Below are positions 6,896 through 16,399 of a stretch of 64,000 nucleotides of DNA, piece by piece. The DNA comes from a virus (lineage: Duplodnaviria > Heunggongvirae > Uroviricota > Caudoviricetes): the IMG/VR virus record IMGVR_UViG_3300017705_000602; one strand, given 5' to 3'. The stretch's first letter is position 1. Every line of letters starts with the position of its first letter. The position numbers were made by a program, and so were the translations under genes. The notes beneath the pieces are model-generated. The model had not been told where the DNA came from. It worked only from the letters and a program-made list of their open reading frames with translations, and did not search any database.

Positions 6896-7261
6896 ATGGA
6901 AATCATGATTGAACACACTGTGGGCAACACCTGGTGCATGCAGCCACCTGCACGCTTGACACAAATGATTGTGGAACGACCTGGCATGGATCGCGACACT
7001 GTGTTGCGAGACTATGTTACCGGGTTTGGTGCCACACACGCAGATCAACTGGCCATGATGTCGCAGTTGGCACAGGACACCGGTGCTCGAACACTGCAAG
7101 CTGTGTGCGAACCAGACGTGACCTTGACCACCACCGATCAAATAGAACAGTACTATTGTGTGAGTTTTTGTGTTGCAGTAACGTTTGAGTGGTTGCAACC
7201 GATTGAACAATTTGTTACACTAGCGCAACTGAATGGATTCACTGTTACCAATACACCTTAA
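6896..7261 (+). CDS. Hypothetical protein (paralogue array)
   Basis: GGAGG SD; C-terminal EQFVTLAQLNG. Confidence 0.8.
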   Translation: MEIMIEHTVGNTWCMQPPARLTQMIVERPGMDRDTVLRDYVTGFGATHADQLAMMSQLAQDTGARTLQAVCEPDVTLTTTDQIEQYYCVSFCVAVTFEWLQPIEQFVTLAQLNGFTVTNTP

Positions 7262-7270
7262 GGACAGCAC

Positions 7271-7693
7271 ATGCGCAGATACAAACGACACCAAGTGAAC
7301 ATGGGCCTAACAGACTTGTTGGGAAATGGCACCTGGATGGTCAATGTGGTAGGTGACCCGGACTGGGTAAATCAAGCCATTGACCAAGCATGGTTTTCGA
7401 TTTCTAAAACACGCGGCATTTGGCGTGTGTTTTTGCCTTACACAGAATTTTTTGACGTCATGGGAAGCACACGCGAACCAGCTGCCGTGGCCACTGAACA
7501 CTACATTGCCAGTGTGCGATCTGTGCTGGCACAACTGGGCATACATTATCGTGATCAAGCCGGCTTGGGCGACATCGGTCTGTTTCGTGTAAAGTTTCAA
7601 ACACGCCAGCAAGTCAACCAGTTTGTGTTGCTCATGCAAATGAACGGGTGCAAGTACATTGAAACTGCAAGGATCAAGCATGGACCACGATAA
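7271..7693 (+). CDS. Hypothetical protein (paralogue array)
   Basis: AAGGA SD; C-terminal NQFVLLMQMNG. Confidence 0.8.
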   Translation: MRRYKRHQVNMGLTDLLGNGTWMVNVVGDPDWVNQAIDQAWFSISKTRGIWRVFLPYTEFFDVMGSTREPAAVATEHYIASVRSVLAQLGIHYRDQAGLGDIGLFRVKFQTRQQVNQFVLLMQMNGCKYIETARIKHGPR

Positions 7694-7991
7694 AAACTTG
7701 CTGGTTGAAATGCAAGTCGGGCAAGTGCCCGGGTACTACAAGATTGATGTTCGTATTCAGTTTCCTGCAAACAGCATGCAAGCATATCGAGGTTTGTATG
7801 CTGCCGAACCTTTTTTGAGATCATTGGTCAACGACATCAAAGAAAACTTTGCGGTCAGTCGTGTGTCATTGTCGGCCGATTCAATCTTGATCAAGTGCGA
7901 ACGACAAGAACTGCGAAAAATTGAAATGTGGCTTACCTTGGCAGGTTACAATCTGGAACCATTAAAAAGGTGGAAAAATGAAAAGACGTAG
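7680..7991 (+). CDS. Hypothetical protein (paralogue array)
   Basis: AAGGA SD before ATG 7680; C-terminal KIEMWLTLAG. Confidence 0.75.
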   Translation: MDHDKNLLVEMQVGQVPGYYKIDVRIQFPANSMQAYRGLYAAEPFLRSLVNDIKENFAVSRVSLSADSILIKCERQELRKIEMWLTLAGYNLEPLKRWKNEKT

Positions 7992-8286
7992 GCAAACATA
8001 CACAACAGCAGGCCAAGTGAACGATCGACCAAAAGATACAACAATTACGGTGGTTTACAAGCCTTACTGGCGCGAATCATCGCTTGTGATGTACAACGAT
8101 GTAAACTCGCTAAAACTGTACCATGAAATAAAAGGCATGTTTAGCAAAGGGTCAGTCACGTGCAAGACCAAGCGATTGCGTCGAGTACGCATTACCGGTA
8201 TTTCTGCAGATCAACATCATGAACTGGTCACCATGTTGTCATTGGCGTCAACACAAGCAATAAAATCTTGTATAAGGAATAACTAG
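7978..8286 (+). CDS. Hypothetical protein (paralogue array)
   Basis: Overlapping start; C-terminal ELVTMLSLAS. Confidence 0.7.
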   Translation: MKRRRQTYTTAGQVNDRPKDTTITVVYKPYWRESSLVMYNDVNSLKLYHEIKGMFSKGSVTCKTKRLRRVRITGISADQHHELVTMLSLASTQAIKSCIRNN

Positions 8287-8304
8287 TGTATAGAGGTACA
8301 CTAG

Positions 8305-8640
8305 ATGGACATTACTTTACCTAGCATTCCGTTGCCACGCAACAATACAGAACTGACACAGTTTGTACTTGCTGGCAACACTTTTTTTAATTTTAAAGGC
8401 ACTGACAATTCGAGTTGGTATCATGCGTATTATCAGTCAACTGTTCACATTGCAGAAAATTTGTTTCTGGTCGAACGTGCCAGCTACATGCAGTATGACA
8501 CAATCGAGCTGGTCATGCGTGGCACAAATGAGCACGTACTATTGAACAGATATGATCAGTCGGATCGTTTGTTGTTTCGGGTACTTGTTGAGCAAGTTAT
8601 ACTTACGGAGTTTAGACATGCTGTATATAACAGTTCGTAA
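8305..8640 (+). CDS. Hypothetical protein (111 aa)
   Basis: GAGG SD. Confidence 0.75.
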   Translation: MDITLPSIPLPRNNTELTQFVLAGNTFFNFKGTDNSSWYHAYYQSTVHIAENLFLVERASYMQYDTIELVMRGTNEHVLLNRYDQSDRLLFRVLVEQVILTEFRHAVYNSS

Positions 8641-8872
8641 ATCAGAATACGGATTCCATTTAAGGCCTACCATGGCCAATGACATGAGTGAACAAGCAGT
8701 TGGTAAATTATCAAGCATAGCTGAACGTTGCGATTTGATGCCTGACTACACAGCTCACGGTTTTCAAATCTCAAGTTCTGTTGATCGTGCCAACCTTGAA
8801 GATTTTTGTTTACTGGCTCAGCTAGAATTAATACATGTAACCATGGAAGACTTTGATTGTGTGCATGTTTAA
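8618..8872 (+). CDS. Hypothetical protein (paralogue array)
   Basis: GGAG SD before ATG 8618; C-terminal EDFCLLAQLE. Confidence 0.75.
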   Translation: MLYITVRKSEYGFHLRPTMANDMSEQAVGKLSSIAERCDLMPDYTAHGFQISSSVDRANLEDFCLLAQLELIHVTMEDFDCVHV

Positions 8873-9164
8873 TATTTCGATATTCAAGCACACGTATACC
8901 ATAATCACTATACAGTCCGGTTCTGGCGAAAATCGAGTTGGCAGTGAAGCCGACATCATGAATCAATTAAAAGACTTTATGTACCACGAGTTTGGGTTGG
9001 TTGCAGTTAGGTCACGAGCAACTTTGTTTGTTATACCTGAGATTGGCAATAACTGTCGCAAGCTTACAGAAATGCAAACACTGTTTGCATTGCATGATAA
9101 CACATATCAGTTTATACTTAATGACACACAGTTTGCACTGAGGATGTTACTACATGAAAGTTAA
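8865..9164 (+). CDS. Hypothetical protein (probable array member)
   Basis: Overlapping start and stop in the operon. Confidence 0.65.
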   Translation: MFNISIFKHTYTIITIQSGSGENRVGSEADIMNQLKDFMYHEFGLVAVRSRATLFVIPEIGNNCRKLTEMQTLFALHDNTYQFILNDTQFALRMLLHES

Positions 9165-9642
9165 AATCGGTAAGTACCCTGAATACTTTAGTCCGTATCT
9201 GTTTGCAGAGAAGCTAAAATGGTTTGGTGTGCCCGAAGACAAATGTACCTGGGTCGGCGAGTGGCTATCAAACTGCGATTGGCTCACCAGCATGTTTGAA
9301 TGGGTTAACGAAAAGAACAAACGACAAATAAAAGTTCACATCGACGATTACGATGTTTGGTCAATGGATCATACACTGGCGCTTGTAGTAGCACCCATGC
9401 TTAGACGTTTGCGAGATCTCAAACACGGGTCGGCTATAGTTGAAGACAGTGACGTCCCAGACGAATACGTTAACAAAGATGTTCACGAAAGATGGGAATG
9501 GGTACTCGACGAAATGATTTTTGCATTTGATCAAGTAGCCGATGAAGAGGTCGATGTACAATACAGCAATCAATCTATACGCGAGCGTGTCAACAACGGA
9601 CTAAGGTTGTTTGGTACATATTACTTTGCGCTATGGGATTAA
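9154..9642 (+). CDS. Conserved hypothetical protein of T4-like phages
   Basis: Motifs IDDYDVWSMDHTLA..V.PML...KHG, RWEWVLDEMIFAF and GLRLFG.YY..LWD, recognised as a common myovirus family. Confidence 0.8.
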   Translation: MKVKIGKYPEYFSPYLFAEKLKWFGVPEDKCTWVGEWLSNCDWLTSMFEWVNEKNKRQIKVHIDDYDVWSMDHTLALVVAPMLRRLRDLKHGSAIVEDSDVPDEYVNKDVHERWEWVLDEMIFAFDQVADEEVDVQYSNQSIRERVNNGLRLFGTYYFALWD

Positions 9643-9643
9643 C

Positions 9644-9880
9644 ATGAAAAAACAAAAAAAGATATCTTACATACGCAAAGATGATGTAATAGAAACTGGC
9701 TCAATACACCCCGATGAAGTACAAGGTGCATTAAAAGAACTTGCTTCATGTCTTAAAGGTTTAGATATTGAGTTTATCAGTCTGTTTGGCACATTCTACA
9801 TCAGCAAGCACTTGTCAGATGACGAGATACTCATGATCAATCTTACAATCGACGATGATTATAAAATTGTTGCGGAATAA
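9644..9880 (+). CDS. Hypothetical protein (78 aa)
   Basis: ATG 1 nt after the upstream stop. Confidence 0.7.
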   Translation: MKKQKKISYIRKDDVIETGSIHPDEVQGALKELASCLKGLDIEFISLFGTFYISKHLSDDEILMINLTIDDDYKIVAE

Positions 9881-9938
9881 TCATGTTGTGCAAAATATAG
9901 ACATCTTGCTCGATAAGTAATAATACAGGAGTTTGATT

Positions 9939-10232
9939 ATGATTAAACAGATTAACAAATGGTGGATGTCGCTAGACCCTGCCGAACAGTACATGTACTG
10001 GATTATTACATTTTGCATGATGCTGATGTCAGGTGTTGGTTCTTATGTTGCAGTAGCAGGTTTTATCGTTACTAGCAGTTTTTTACCATCGATATTATTA
10101 ATGATGGTAGCAGGCATAGCTTGCTTTATAACGATGTTTATGATGGTGGTGCTATTTTTAACTTGCATATGGCCTAACCATTATACTAAAACTGCTAACA
10201 CAAAGAAGACAAAAAGCAATCACGCTCTTTAA
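9939..10232 (+). CDS. Small membrane protein
   Basis: AGGAG SD 7 nt before ATG 9939; two long hydrophobic helices. Confidence 0.7.
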   Translation: MIKQINKWWMSLDPAEQYMYWIITFCMMLMSGVGSYVAVAGFIVTSSFLPSILLMMVAGIACFITMFMMVVLFLTCIWPNHYTKTANTKKTKSNHAL

Positions 10233-11151
10233 TTGAACTTTCAGCAAGTTCAATATATCTTTGTTTATTTTTACGAAGCCGATGTTCGAGGTGACACTTG
10301 ATTGCGCACACATCGGCTATATCAACTTCTGCCCAGTGTTCTATAACTGACATTATCTTTTCCATTCGCAAACTATTGTCGTGTATGTTGTCATACGAAT
10401 GATCAACAAAATCATCGAACATGTCAAACCCTAAATTTCTTAAATGCTGAACCACGCCAGGCGCAGACACAACTATCGGTACATGATATTTGTCAAAAGC
10501 TTTCCACGACTTTTCAGTTGGGAAAATGATATCCTCGTGGAACAATGATTCTGTTACAATAGAAAACATAGTTTCCTGCCATATGTGTGCTGGCAAGCTG
10601 TCAAGTTCGCTCAGTATATTGGTGCTCGGTGTATCTCCGAATGCAGTGTCTAGTTTAATCGAACGTTCGGTTTCGGGCTGGAAATGCTTAGGATTGTAGC
10701 TGTACAAAGCAGTATTGGCAATTCCAGTGTCTTCCAAAAACTCTACAATTTGTTTGCGATGCGGTTTAGGAAAGTTGTTCAGTGTTAAAAAATGACGCGA
10801 TACTGTCGGTGTAAACTCAACATCGTTTACCCTTGAATTGTAGTACTCTTCTATAGTTCCGTTAAAGTAGTGCGTGTTCTTCCATTTAAACTTTTCAATT
10901 GGTGTTATCCAGTGTATGTTGTCAGTTGATACTCCGGCTATATCACAGCATTCCGATAAAAACTGAAATACCGGCAACGGATAATTACGATGCCGGGTAT
11001 ATCGATGCAAATCGCATGGCTCAAGCGATGAATCAAAAACTACTGGTTTGTTCTCAGCCAACAGTTTGGTAACAGGAGAATGCAACGGAGTATGGTCGCT
11101 AGTAAACAACCTTTCCACTTGCCAAGTAAATCTTAATTTAATTAAGTGCAT
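10195..11151 (-). CDS. GT10-like ('TEK' motif) putative glycosyltransferase, paralogue 1
   Basis: FSIVTES...FPTEKSWKA...P.VV..PG...LR.LGFDMF...DHSYD. Confidence 0.7.
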   Translation of the reverse strand: MHLIKLRFTWQVERLFTSDHTPLHSPVTKLLAENKPVVFDSSLEPCDLHRYTRHRNYPLPVFQFLSECCDIAGVSTDNIHWITPIEKFKWKNTHYFNGTIEEYYNSRVNDVEFTPTVSRHFLTLNNFPKPHRKQIVEFLEDTGIANTALYSYNPKHFQPETERSIKLDTAFGDTPSTNILSELDSLPAHIWQETMFSIVTESLFHEDIIFPTEKSWKAFDKYHVPIVVSAPGVVQHLRNLGFDMFDDFVDHSYDNIHDNSLRMEKIMSVIEHWAEVDIADVCAIKCHLEHRLRKNKQRYIELAESSIKERDCFLSSLC

Positions 11152-12043
11152 TCTTCCAAAACTCGATTGTCATGTCTAAGCCAGTGTCTAAATCAATTAG
11201 TGGTTCCCAACCGATTGTGCTTGTTATTTTATCGTTAGTGCTGTTCAAGTAATAAATCTCGCCTGCTCTTTCTGGCTTGGTATCCCAGTTAATATCGCCC
11301 TGCCATCCCAGTTTTTTAGCACATATTTCGGCTAATTTTTCGATCGATAGTGCATTGTTGGGGCCAACACAAAAGGTCTCGTTTTTAACTGCGCTAACGT
11401 TGCTTAATATTGCAATATACGCATTTATAAGATCGCTAATGTGCAGGAAATTGCGATACGGTTTTGCATACCCAAGGTTAACAGTATCACCTTTTAACAT
11501 TTGAGTAATGATCTGCTCAACAACAAAAAAGTCATTATCGGTGCGTCCGTATGTGTTTGTTTGTCTCAGTATGCAGTACGGTAAGTTGTACGCACGTGAT
11601 GCGTACTCTAGATATTTTTCACAGCCTAGTTTTGCAACTGCGTATGGTGCATTAGGATGCTGTATGGTAGTTTCGTCAAACGGTGCGTGATCAAACGGTT
11701 CGTTGTTTTTAATCTTGTCCGATATTGGTTGCCAGCCGTAAGTTTCCATAGTCGACGAAAACAAAAATAATTTTAGATTAGGTGCTTCTCTGGCACTCTC
11801 AACTAGATTTACTGTACCGGTATAGTTAACGTCTGAGAACAATGCTTGTTGGTAAAAAGAATGCTCTACTTCAGTTAATGCTGCCAGGTGAATTATCACA
11901 TCTGGATTAGCAGATTTCACGCACTGTCTGGTTGCATCGTGGTCTCTTAAGTCGCAATCGAATAGCACAATTTCGTGAGATGATAAACGTTGTATCAAGT
12001 GTTGTCCTATAAAGCCGGACGAGCCAGTTATTAGTATTTTCAT
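11138..12043 (-). CDS. NAD-dependent NDP-sugar epimerase/dehydratase (extended SDR)
   Basis: ITGSSGFIG, HLAA, catalytic YAVAK, RNFLHISD. Confidence 0.92.
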   Translation of the reverse strand: MKILITGSSGFIGQHLIQRLSSHEIVLFDCDLRDHDATRQCVKSANPDVIIHLAALTEVEHSFYQQALFSDVNYTGTVNLVESAREAPNLKLFLFSSTMETYGWQPISDKIKNNEPFDHAPFDETTIQHPNAPYAVAKLGCEKYLEYASRAYNLPYCILRQTNTYGRTDNDFFVVEQIITQMLKGDTVNLGYAKPYRNFLHISDLINAYIAILSNVSAVKNETFCVGPNNALSIEKLAEICAKKLGWQGDINWDTKPERAGEIYYLNSTNDKITSTIGWEPLIDLDTGLDMTIEFWKNALN

Positions 12044-12044
12044 A

Positions 12045-12500
12045 TTATCCTTCGTATGCACATAAAAGTAAATGTGTGCGTGGTGTGTTTCCTAAATTAA
12101 ATGCGCTGTGTTCTAGTCGTGTATTAGCAATGTAAAATTTGCCAACTTCGAAGTGATAAAGATTATCACCAAACACTAAAAAGCTCTTGTCGTTTGTGTT
12201 AACAGGAACATGTACCACATACATTTCGTCGTGGTGTTTGCCATATGCCTGTCCTGGCCAGCAAGTGGTTATTGCAACGTTGTAATTACCTAGAGCAACA
12301 CCGTGCTTCTTTATTTGCGAGTCGACGTACATGACCATGTCGTGTAGGGTAAACCCGGCTAGTTCTGCATTGACTTGATAAAACCCGCCGTCGATTAATT
12401 TTTGTCTGGCTTCGTCGTCTTGTCGTTTGTATGTATTGTCAATTGCTTTTAACTGTGACATAAACCGATCGGGCAATTCGAACTCAGTTACTTGTTGCAT
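12045..12500 (-). CDS. Asp/Asn beta-hydroxylase-like 2OG-Fe(II) oxygenase
   Basis: H-x-D (KHHD), HVPVNTN, HSAFN.G..PRTHL. Confidence 0.8.
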   Translation of the reverse strand: MQQVTEFELPDRFMSQLKAIDNTYKRQDDEARQKLIDGGFYQVNAELAGFTLHDMVMYVDSQIKKHGVALGNYNVAITTCWPGQAYGKHHDEMYVVHVPVNTNDKSFLVFGDNLYHFEVGKFYIANTRLEHSAFNLGNTPRTHLLLCAYEG

Positions 12501-12855
12501 TTACACCTACCAAAAACAAGCAATAGGCACCGGTGTTGGCTATACCTACATTGTTTGCAAAAACTAATTTACTTTCGTTTCCGTGACTGATTGCTTTACC
12601 GTCATGCACAATATAACAATTTCCGTCGCCGAACACTGGCATAATAATAGTGTCTTGCTCAAAGAATAAACATTGCTTTGAGCACATATAGACTAACTTG
12701 TATTCGGTACATTCGGCAATAAACGGAAATTCATGGATATCGTAAGGCTTCACTGTAAAGCGATCACTCTTTATGAGCGAGACATTTTCTTTAAACAGAG
12801 ATAACCTTAACGACTCGTGTTTGTTTGCAACATTAACGATTGCGTGTATTGCCAT
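12484..12855 (-). CDS. Hypothetical protein, possibly a degenerate cupin/2OG-oxygenase paralogue
   Basis: Overlaps both neighbours; weak similarity to the adjacent oxygenase without the metal ligands. Confidence 0.6.
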   Translation of the reverse strand: MAIHAIVNVANKHESLRLSLFKENVSLIKSDRFTVKPYDIHEFPFIAECTEYKLVYMCSKQCLFFEQDTIIMPVFGDGNCYIVHDGKAISHGNESKLVFANNVGIANTGAYCLFLVGVNATSN

Positions 12856-14050
12856 AATGTATTACTTTCACTCCAGTAATCTCAGGATGTTTTCTCCACG
12901 GGTCAACAATTACTGATCCTGGAACTGGATCAATTACTGCGTTTAATATATCTTTATCGTCATAAGTGATTGCCGAAGAATGCGCCATTAAAAAAGTGTG
13001 CGGTAAAGTTTCATCGTATGGTTCGTTATCGCGCAGATCGTCGCAGTTGTCGTCGTCGACATAATGAACTTGTGTTCCAAGTTGCTTTACGTATTCGCCT
13101 GTTAGTATACTAATAGAGCCTGCAGAATATTCAACACCCGGCTTATACGATTTGCCTACTATAACAACAGGCAATCCGTATGATACAAGTTCTTTTGCCA
13201 TGTTCTTTGCTTGCTGTTCTCGTGCAACCATGATAGCATCAAACAAGTCGTAGCCTAGATCCAGTCGGTTAGCCATTGAACGCAATGCTATATTATCGCG
13301 TGGATGACAAGCACCTCCATCGCCTAGCCCGGCTGTCATGTACTTAGGTCCGTTGATGCGGAATGTTGATTTAGCAAGTGCATCAGTTACAACATCGACA
13401 TTCATGTTTCCGTTGCGTTCTGCTACATCTTGCATCATGTTAACTAATGCTAGTTTAGAACTGATCCAGGTATTATAGAATATCTTAATGGCTTCTGCTT
13501 CGTCCCATGTGCCTACTTCGATGCGCGGATCATTTTGCATGATCGGCTTATAAAAATCAATCAGCTCTTGCGCATCACCGGTCAGCGAACCGTCTTCGGT
13601 TCCGATAATAATCATTTCGGGATTGACCATGTCGTATTCAACTGTGCCCATGGCTATTAAATAAGGGTTGTAAACGAATCTAAACGAGTCGAAATGCTTT
13701 TGAAAAATGCGTCTCACTGTACCAGGCAACACGGTACTGATAAGCACCACTAGCTGATCTTTGGTGGTATACTTTGCAATTTCCGACAACACTGTATCGG
13801 CAATTGAATAGTCAAAATCTTTTGGTTCGAGATGGCAAGTAGGATCTTTACCATCATATCTTTCGTCATGCGGAGTTGGAACAGCTACAAAAATAATATC
13901 TCTATCAGTGACACATTCTTCAATGGTCATTGCTTGCAAAAAGCGAGAATTAACGATAGCAGTGTCGTATCCGATTACATTGTAGTGCTTTGACATTTGA
14001 TAAGCACACGGTTCGCCTAGTTTCCCTATGCCAATAAATCCAACGTTCAT
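12833..14050 (-). CDS. ugd: UDP-glucose/GDP-mannose 6-dehydrogenase
   Basis: GIGKLG, VAVPTP, STVLPGT, EAIKIFYN, GGACHPRD, SYKP, DPW. Confidence 0.93.
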   Translation of the reverse strand: MNVGFIGIGKLGEPCAYQMSKHYNVIGYDTAIVNSRFLQAMTIEECVTDRDIIFVAVPTPHDERYDGKDPTCHLEPKDFDYSIADTVLSEIAKYTTKDQLVVLISTVLPGTVRRIFQKHFDSFRFVYNPYLIAMGTVEYDMVNPEMIIIGTEDGSLTGDAQELIDFYKPIMQNDPRIEVGTWDEAEAIKIFYNTWISSKLALVNMMQDVAERNGNMNVDVVTDALAKSTFRINGPKYMTAGLGDGGACHPRDNIALRSMANRLDLGYDLFDAIMVAREQQAKNMAKELVSYGLPVVIVGKSYKPGVEYSAGSISILTGEYVKQLGTQVHYVDDDNCDDLRDNEPYDETLPHTFLMAHSSAITYDDKDILNAVIDPVPGSVIVDPWRKHPEITGVKVIHYGNTRNR

Positions 14051-14076
14051 TGTTTCTTCCTGTGTTGTGTTTAGCG

Positions 14077-14084
14077 TATTTATA
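14077..14084 (-). promoter_or_regulatory. T4-type late promoter TATAAATA
   Basis: Exact TATAAATA 26 nt upstream of the ugd start. Confidence 0.8.
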
Positions 14085-14093
14085 GTACCGTAG

Positions 14094-15272
14094 CTACGAT
14101 TTATTAACTGTTTGACCTATTTCTTTACGTATATATCTCAGCAGTTGAGCTCTAATTGATTTTAGATCTTGCAGATACTGTTCGTGGTCTGTTATACGCT
14201 GATAATTGTGATTTGCCGAAATTTTTAAACTGTAAGAGTATTGAGAAAAGTCTACTGTGCATAAGCGAGCAATCTCATCGGCAACTGCGTCGGCACGGTC
14301 AGCGTCCGGTAACCGATCATACGAATGATCAATAAGATAATCGTAAGTGTCAAATCCTCTATCACGCAACTTTTGCACTGAGCCCGGCTGACCCATGATT
14401 ACAAATGGTACACCGTTTGCCATTGACCTAAATGTTTTTTCTGTTAGGAATAACCCTTCTGTAGACTCGTATATAGTTTCGGTTACTACGCAAAAGTCAA
14501 CGTTATCGTACAAGTCCGACAAAATATCTTCGGGTGTGCGAGAATAACCTTGACCTGAAGTCCCTATGTTGTCAGCAGTATAAGGTACCAGTTTTGCAAA
14601 ATCAGCAAGCATGTTGTTACAGAAATTGTTTTCCGGTTCAAAAAATTCATTATGTAAAATTTCATTCATTTCACTCACTGTGATATCTTGCATACAGTTT
14701 ATAAAAGACCAATGGCATTGGTCTATTAATCCATATTCGAAAATCTTTAACATAGTATACAAACGGTGAGATTTAGTCCCACGGTTCATGCAAGCAAATT
14801 TGCGCGGCGCTAGACCAGTGTTGTGCGGAGGCAGTTTCCGTTTAAGTTGGAATAATACCTGAAGCTCAAACAAGTCGACTTCAACGATATTGTACTCGGG
14901 GAATAATTTCGATGCGTGGCCGCCCATTGCAAAAATAACATGCTCTGGCTCAAACCCAAAGTAGTCGCCGATGCTCCACCACCAGTCTTCAAGGTACCTT
15001 TTATTGCATTCGAATGTGCAATCAACAAAAAGCATTATTTCTTTTGCTTTAACTTTAGCAACAATTTCTGCGGGTATATAATCTCTGCGTTGCTTGATAT
15101 CGCTACTTACCCTTAGCGGATAATAGAATAAAGAGTCAGTGGTGTAGTTGGTATAGTTGCTGTAATAGTGAATTGCAAAATACTTTGAATAGTTCTTCAC
15201 AGACTTTAAAACACGCGAAAAGTCAAACGAACCGATATCTTTGTATTTGTCGTTTATGATAAAATCGATAAT
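14094..15272 (-). CDS. GT10-like putative glycosyltransferase, paralogue 2 (probable ATT start at 15272; alternative GTG at 15200)
   Basis: FCVVTET...FLTEKTFRS...PFVIMG.PG...GFDTY...DHSYD; frame is open upstream of the GTG. Confidence 0.75.
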   Translation of the reverse strand: MIDFIINDKYKDIGSFDFSRVLKSVKNYSKYFAIHYYSNYTNYTTDSLFYYPLRVSSDIKQRRDYIPAEIVAKVKAKEIMLFVDCTFECNKRYLEDWWWSIGDYFGFEPEHVIFAMGGHASKLFPEYNIVEVDLFELQVLFQLKRKLPPHNTGLAPRKFACMNRGTKSHRLYTMLKIFEYGLIDQCHWSFINCMQDITVSEMNEILHNEFFEPENNFCNNMLADFAKLVPYTADNIGTSGQGYSRTPEDILSDLYDNVDFCVVTETIYESTEGLFLTEKTFRSMANGVPFVIMGQPGSVQKLRDRGFDTYDYLIDHSYDRLPDADRADAVADEIARLCTVDFSQYSYSLKISANHNYQRITDHEQYLQDLKSIRAQLLRYIRKEIGQTVNKS

Positions 15273-15280
15273 AGTATCAC

Positions 15281-16399
15281 CTATTTTAAGAAATTGATCA
15301 TGTGCTCTATTCGTTCTTGATAGAAATCTTTTTGCATCATGAGATTGTAATTATGCTCGGTAACCCGAGCTATTTGCTCTTGATATTTAGCAAAATCAAT
15401 ATCGCACAATCTTTCAATTTCGTCTACAATTGCGTGTATTCTTTCATGGTAGTCAAGACTGTCGTAGCTTTCGTTGATTAAAAAATCAAACGTTTTGTAT
15501 CCTAAACTTTGCATGTACTGCAATGTGTGTTTATCGCCCAGTACAACAAACGGAACTTTATTAACAATTGCCTTCATGATCTTTTCAGTTATAAAAACTG
15601 AGCCATTGCCAGAGTTAACTAATGATTCGGTAATAACTGCAAAGTCAACATACTGATAATCGGGAGAGATAATACCATCGTTTATAGCCATCGAATCAGT
15701 TAAACTTATGTCGTCGACTTTTAGTGGTAAGCTTTGCTTGAGTTGCTTTGCTCGAGCATGGTCAATTACAAAGTTGTCCTGTTCGAGAACCTGCACGATG
15801 TGGTCGAAATCGTAATGTTCTAAGTCGTTACATTCTGCAGGAAAAGAACAATATCCTTGATCTAAAAGATTGCGTTCGTGTAGCAAATAAGTTAATGCTA
15901 ATCTGTGAGGTCGCGGCCGTGCATTAAGCATGATAAACTTTTTGCGTTCTGAAAACCCAAACTGATAAGATAATTTTTCTTTTACTCCGTAAAATGCTTT
16001 TGTTTCAAACATCGGGCAATGACATATAGCAGGATGCGGACTACCGTTTAAATAACCTGCTCCTGATAAAATTCGATACATTGACGGTTCGATTCCTAGT
16101 TCGTCCATGCGCTCAATAAAACGATTTATTGCAAAGTAATCGCCCTCGAACGAAAAATCAAACAACAGTTTAATACTTCCGGATAATGCTTGATTGACAA
16201 TATTGTCGTCAAAGTCAACTTGTTTGTTATTGTAAAATCCGTTGTGTGATACTAAAAAATAATCACAATTTCCTGTGTTTGCAAAGTAACCATCAACAGG
16301 CATAGCAACCTGATTAGCAAGCCGATAATCGTAAAAATACACACAGTCATAAAAAGTCCTGCCGCATTTTTTGTATGCGCTATCGTTGAATGTAATCAT
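15281..16399 (-). CDS. GT10-like putative glycosyltransferase, paralogue 3
   Basis: KF..LN..PRPHR, FAVITES, FITEKIMKA, GYKTF, ESYD. Confidence 0.75.
   Translation of the reverse strand: MITFNDSAYKKCGRTFYDCVYFYDYRLANQVAMPVDGYFANTGNCDYFLVSHNGFYNNKQVDFDDNIVNQALSGSIKLLFDFSFEGDYFAINRFIERMDELGIEPSMYRILSGAGYLNGSPHPAICHCPMFETKAFYGVKEKLSYQFGFSERKKFIMLNARPRPHRLALTYLLHERNLLDQGYCSFPAECNDLEHYDFDHIVQVLEQDNFVIDHARAKQLKQSLPLKVDDISLTDSMAINDGIISPDYQYVDFAVITESLVNSGNGSVFITEKIMKAIVNKVPFVVLGDKHTLQYMQSLGYKTFDFLINESYDSLDYHERIHAIVDEIERLCDIDFAKYQEQIARVTEHNYNLMMQKDFYQERIEHMINFLK

Noticed and set aside
15281-15340. -1 frameshift fusing GT paralogues 3 and 2
   Set aside because: The frames overlap, but CAA AAA G is not a canonical slippery heptamer; an SD-supported ATT start is simpler
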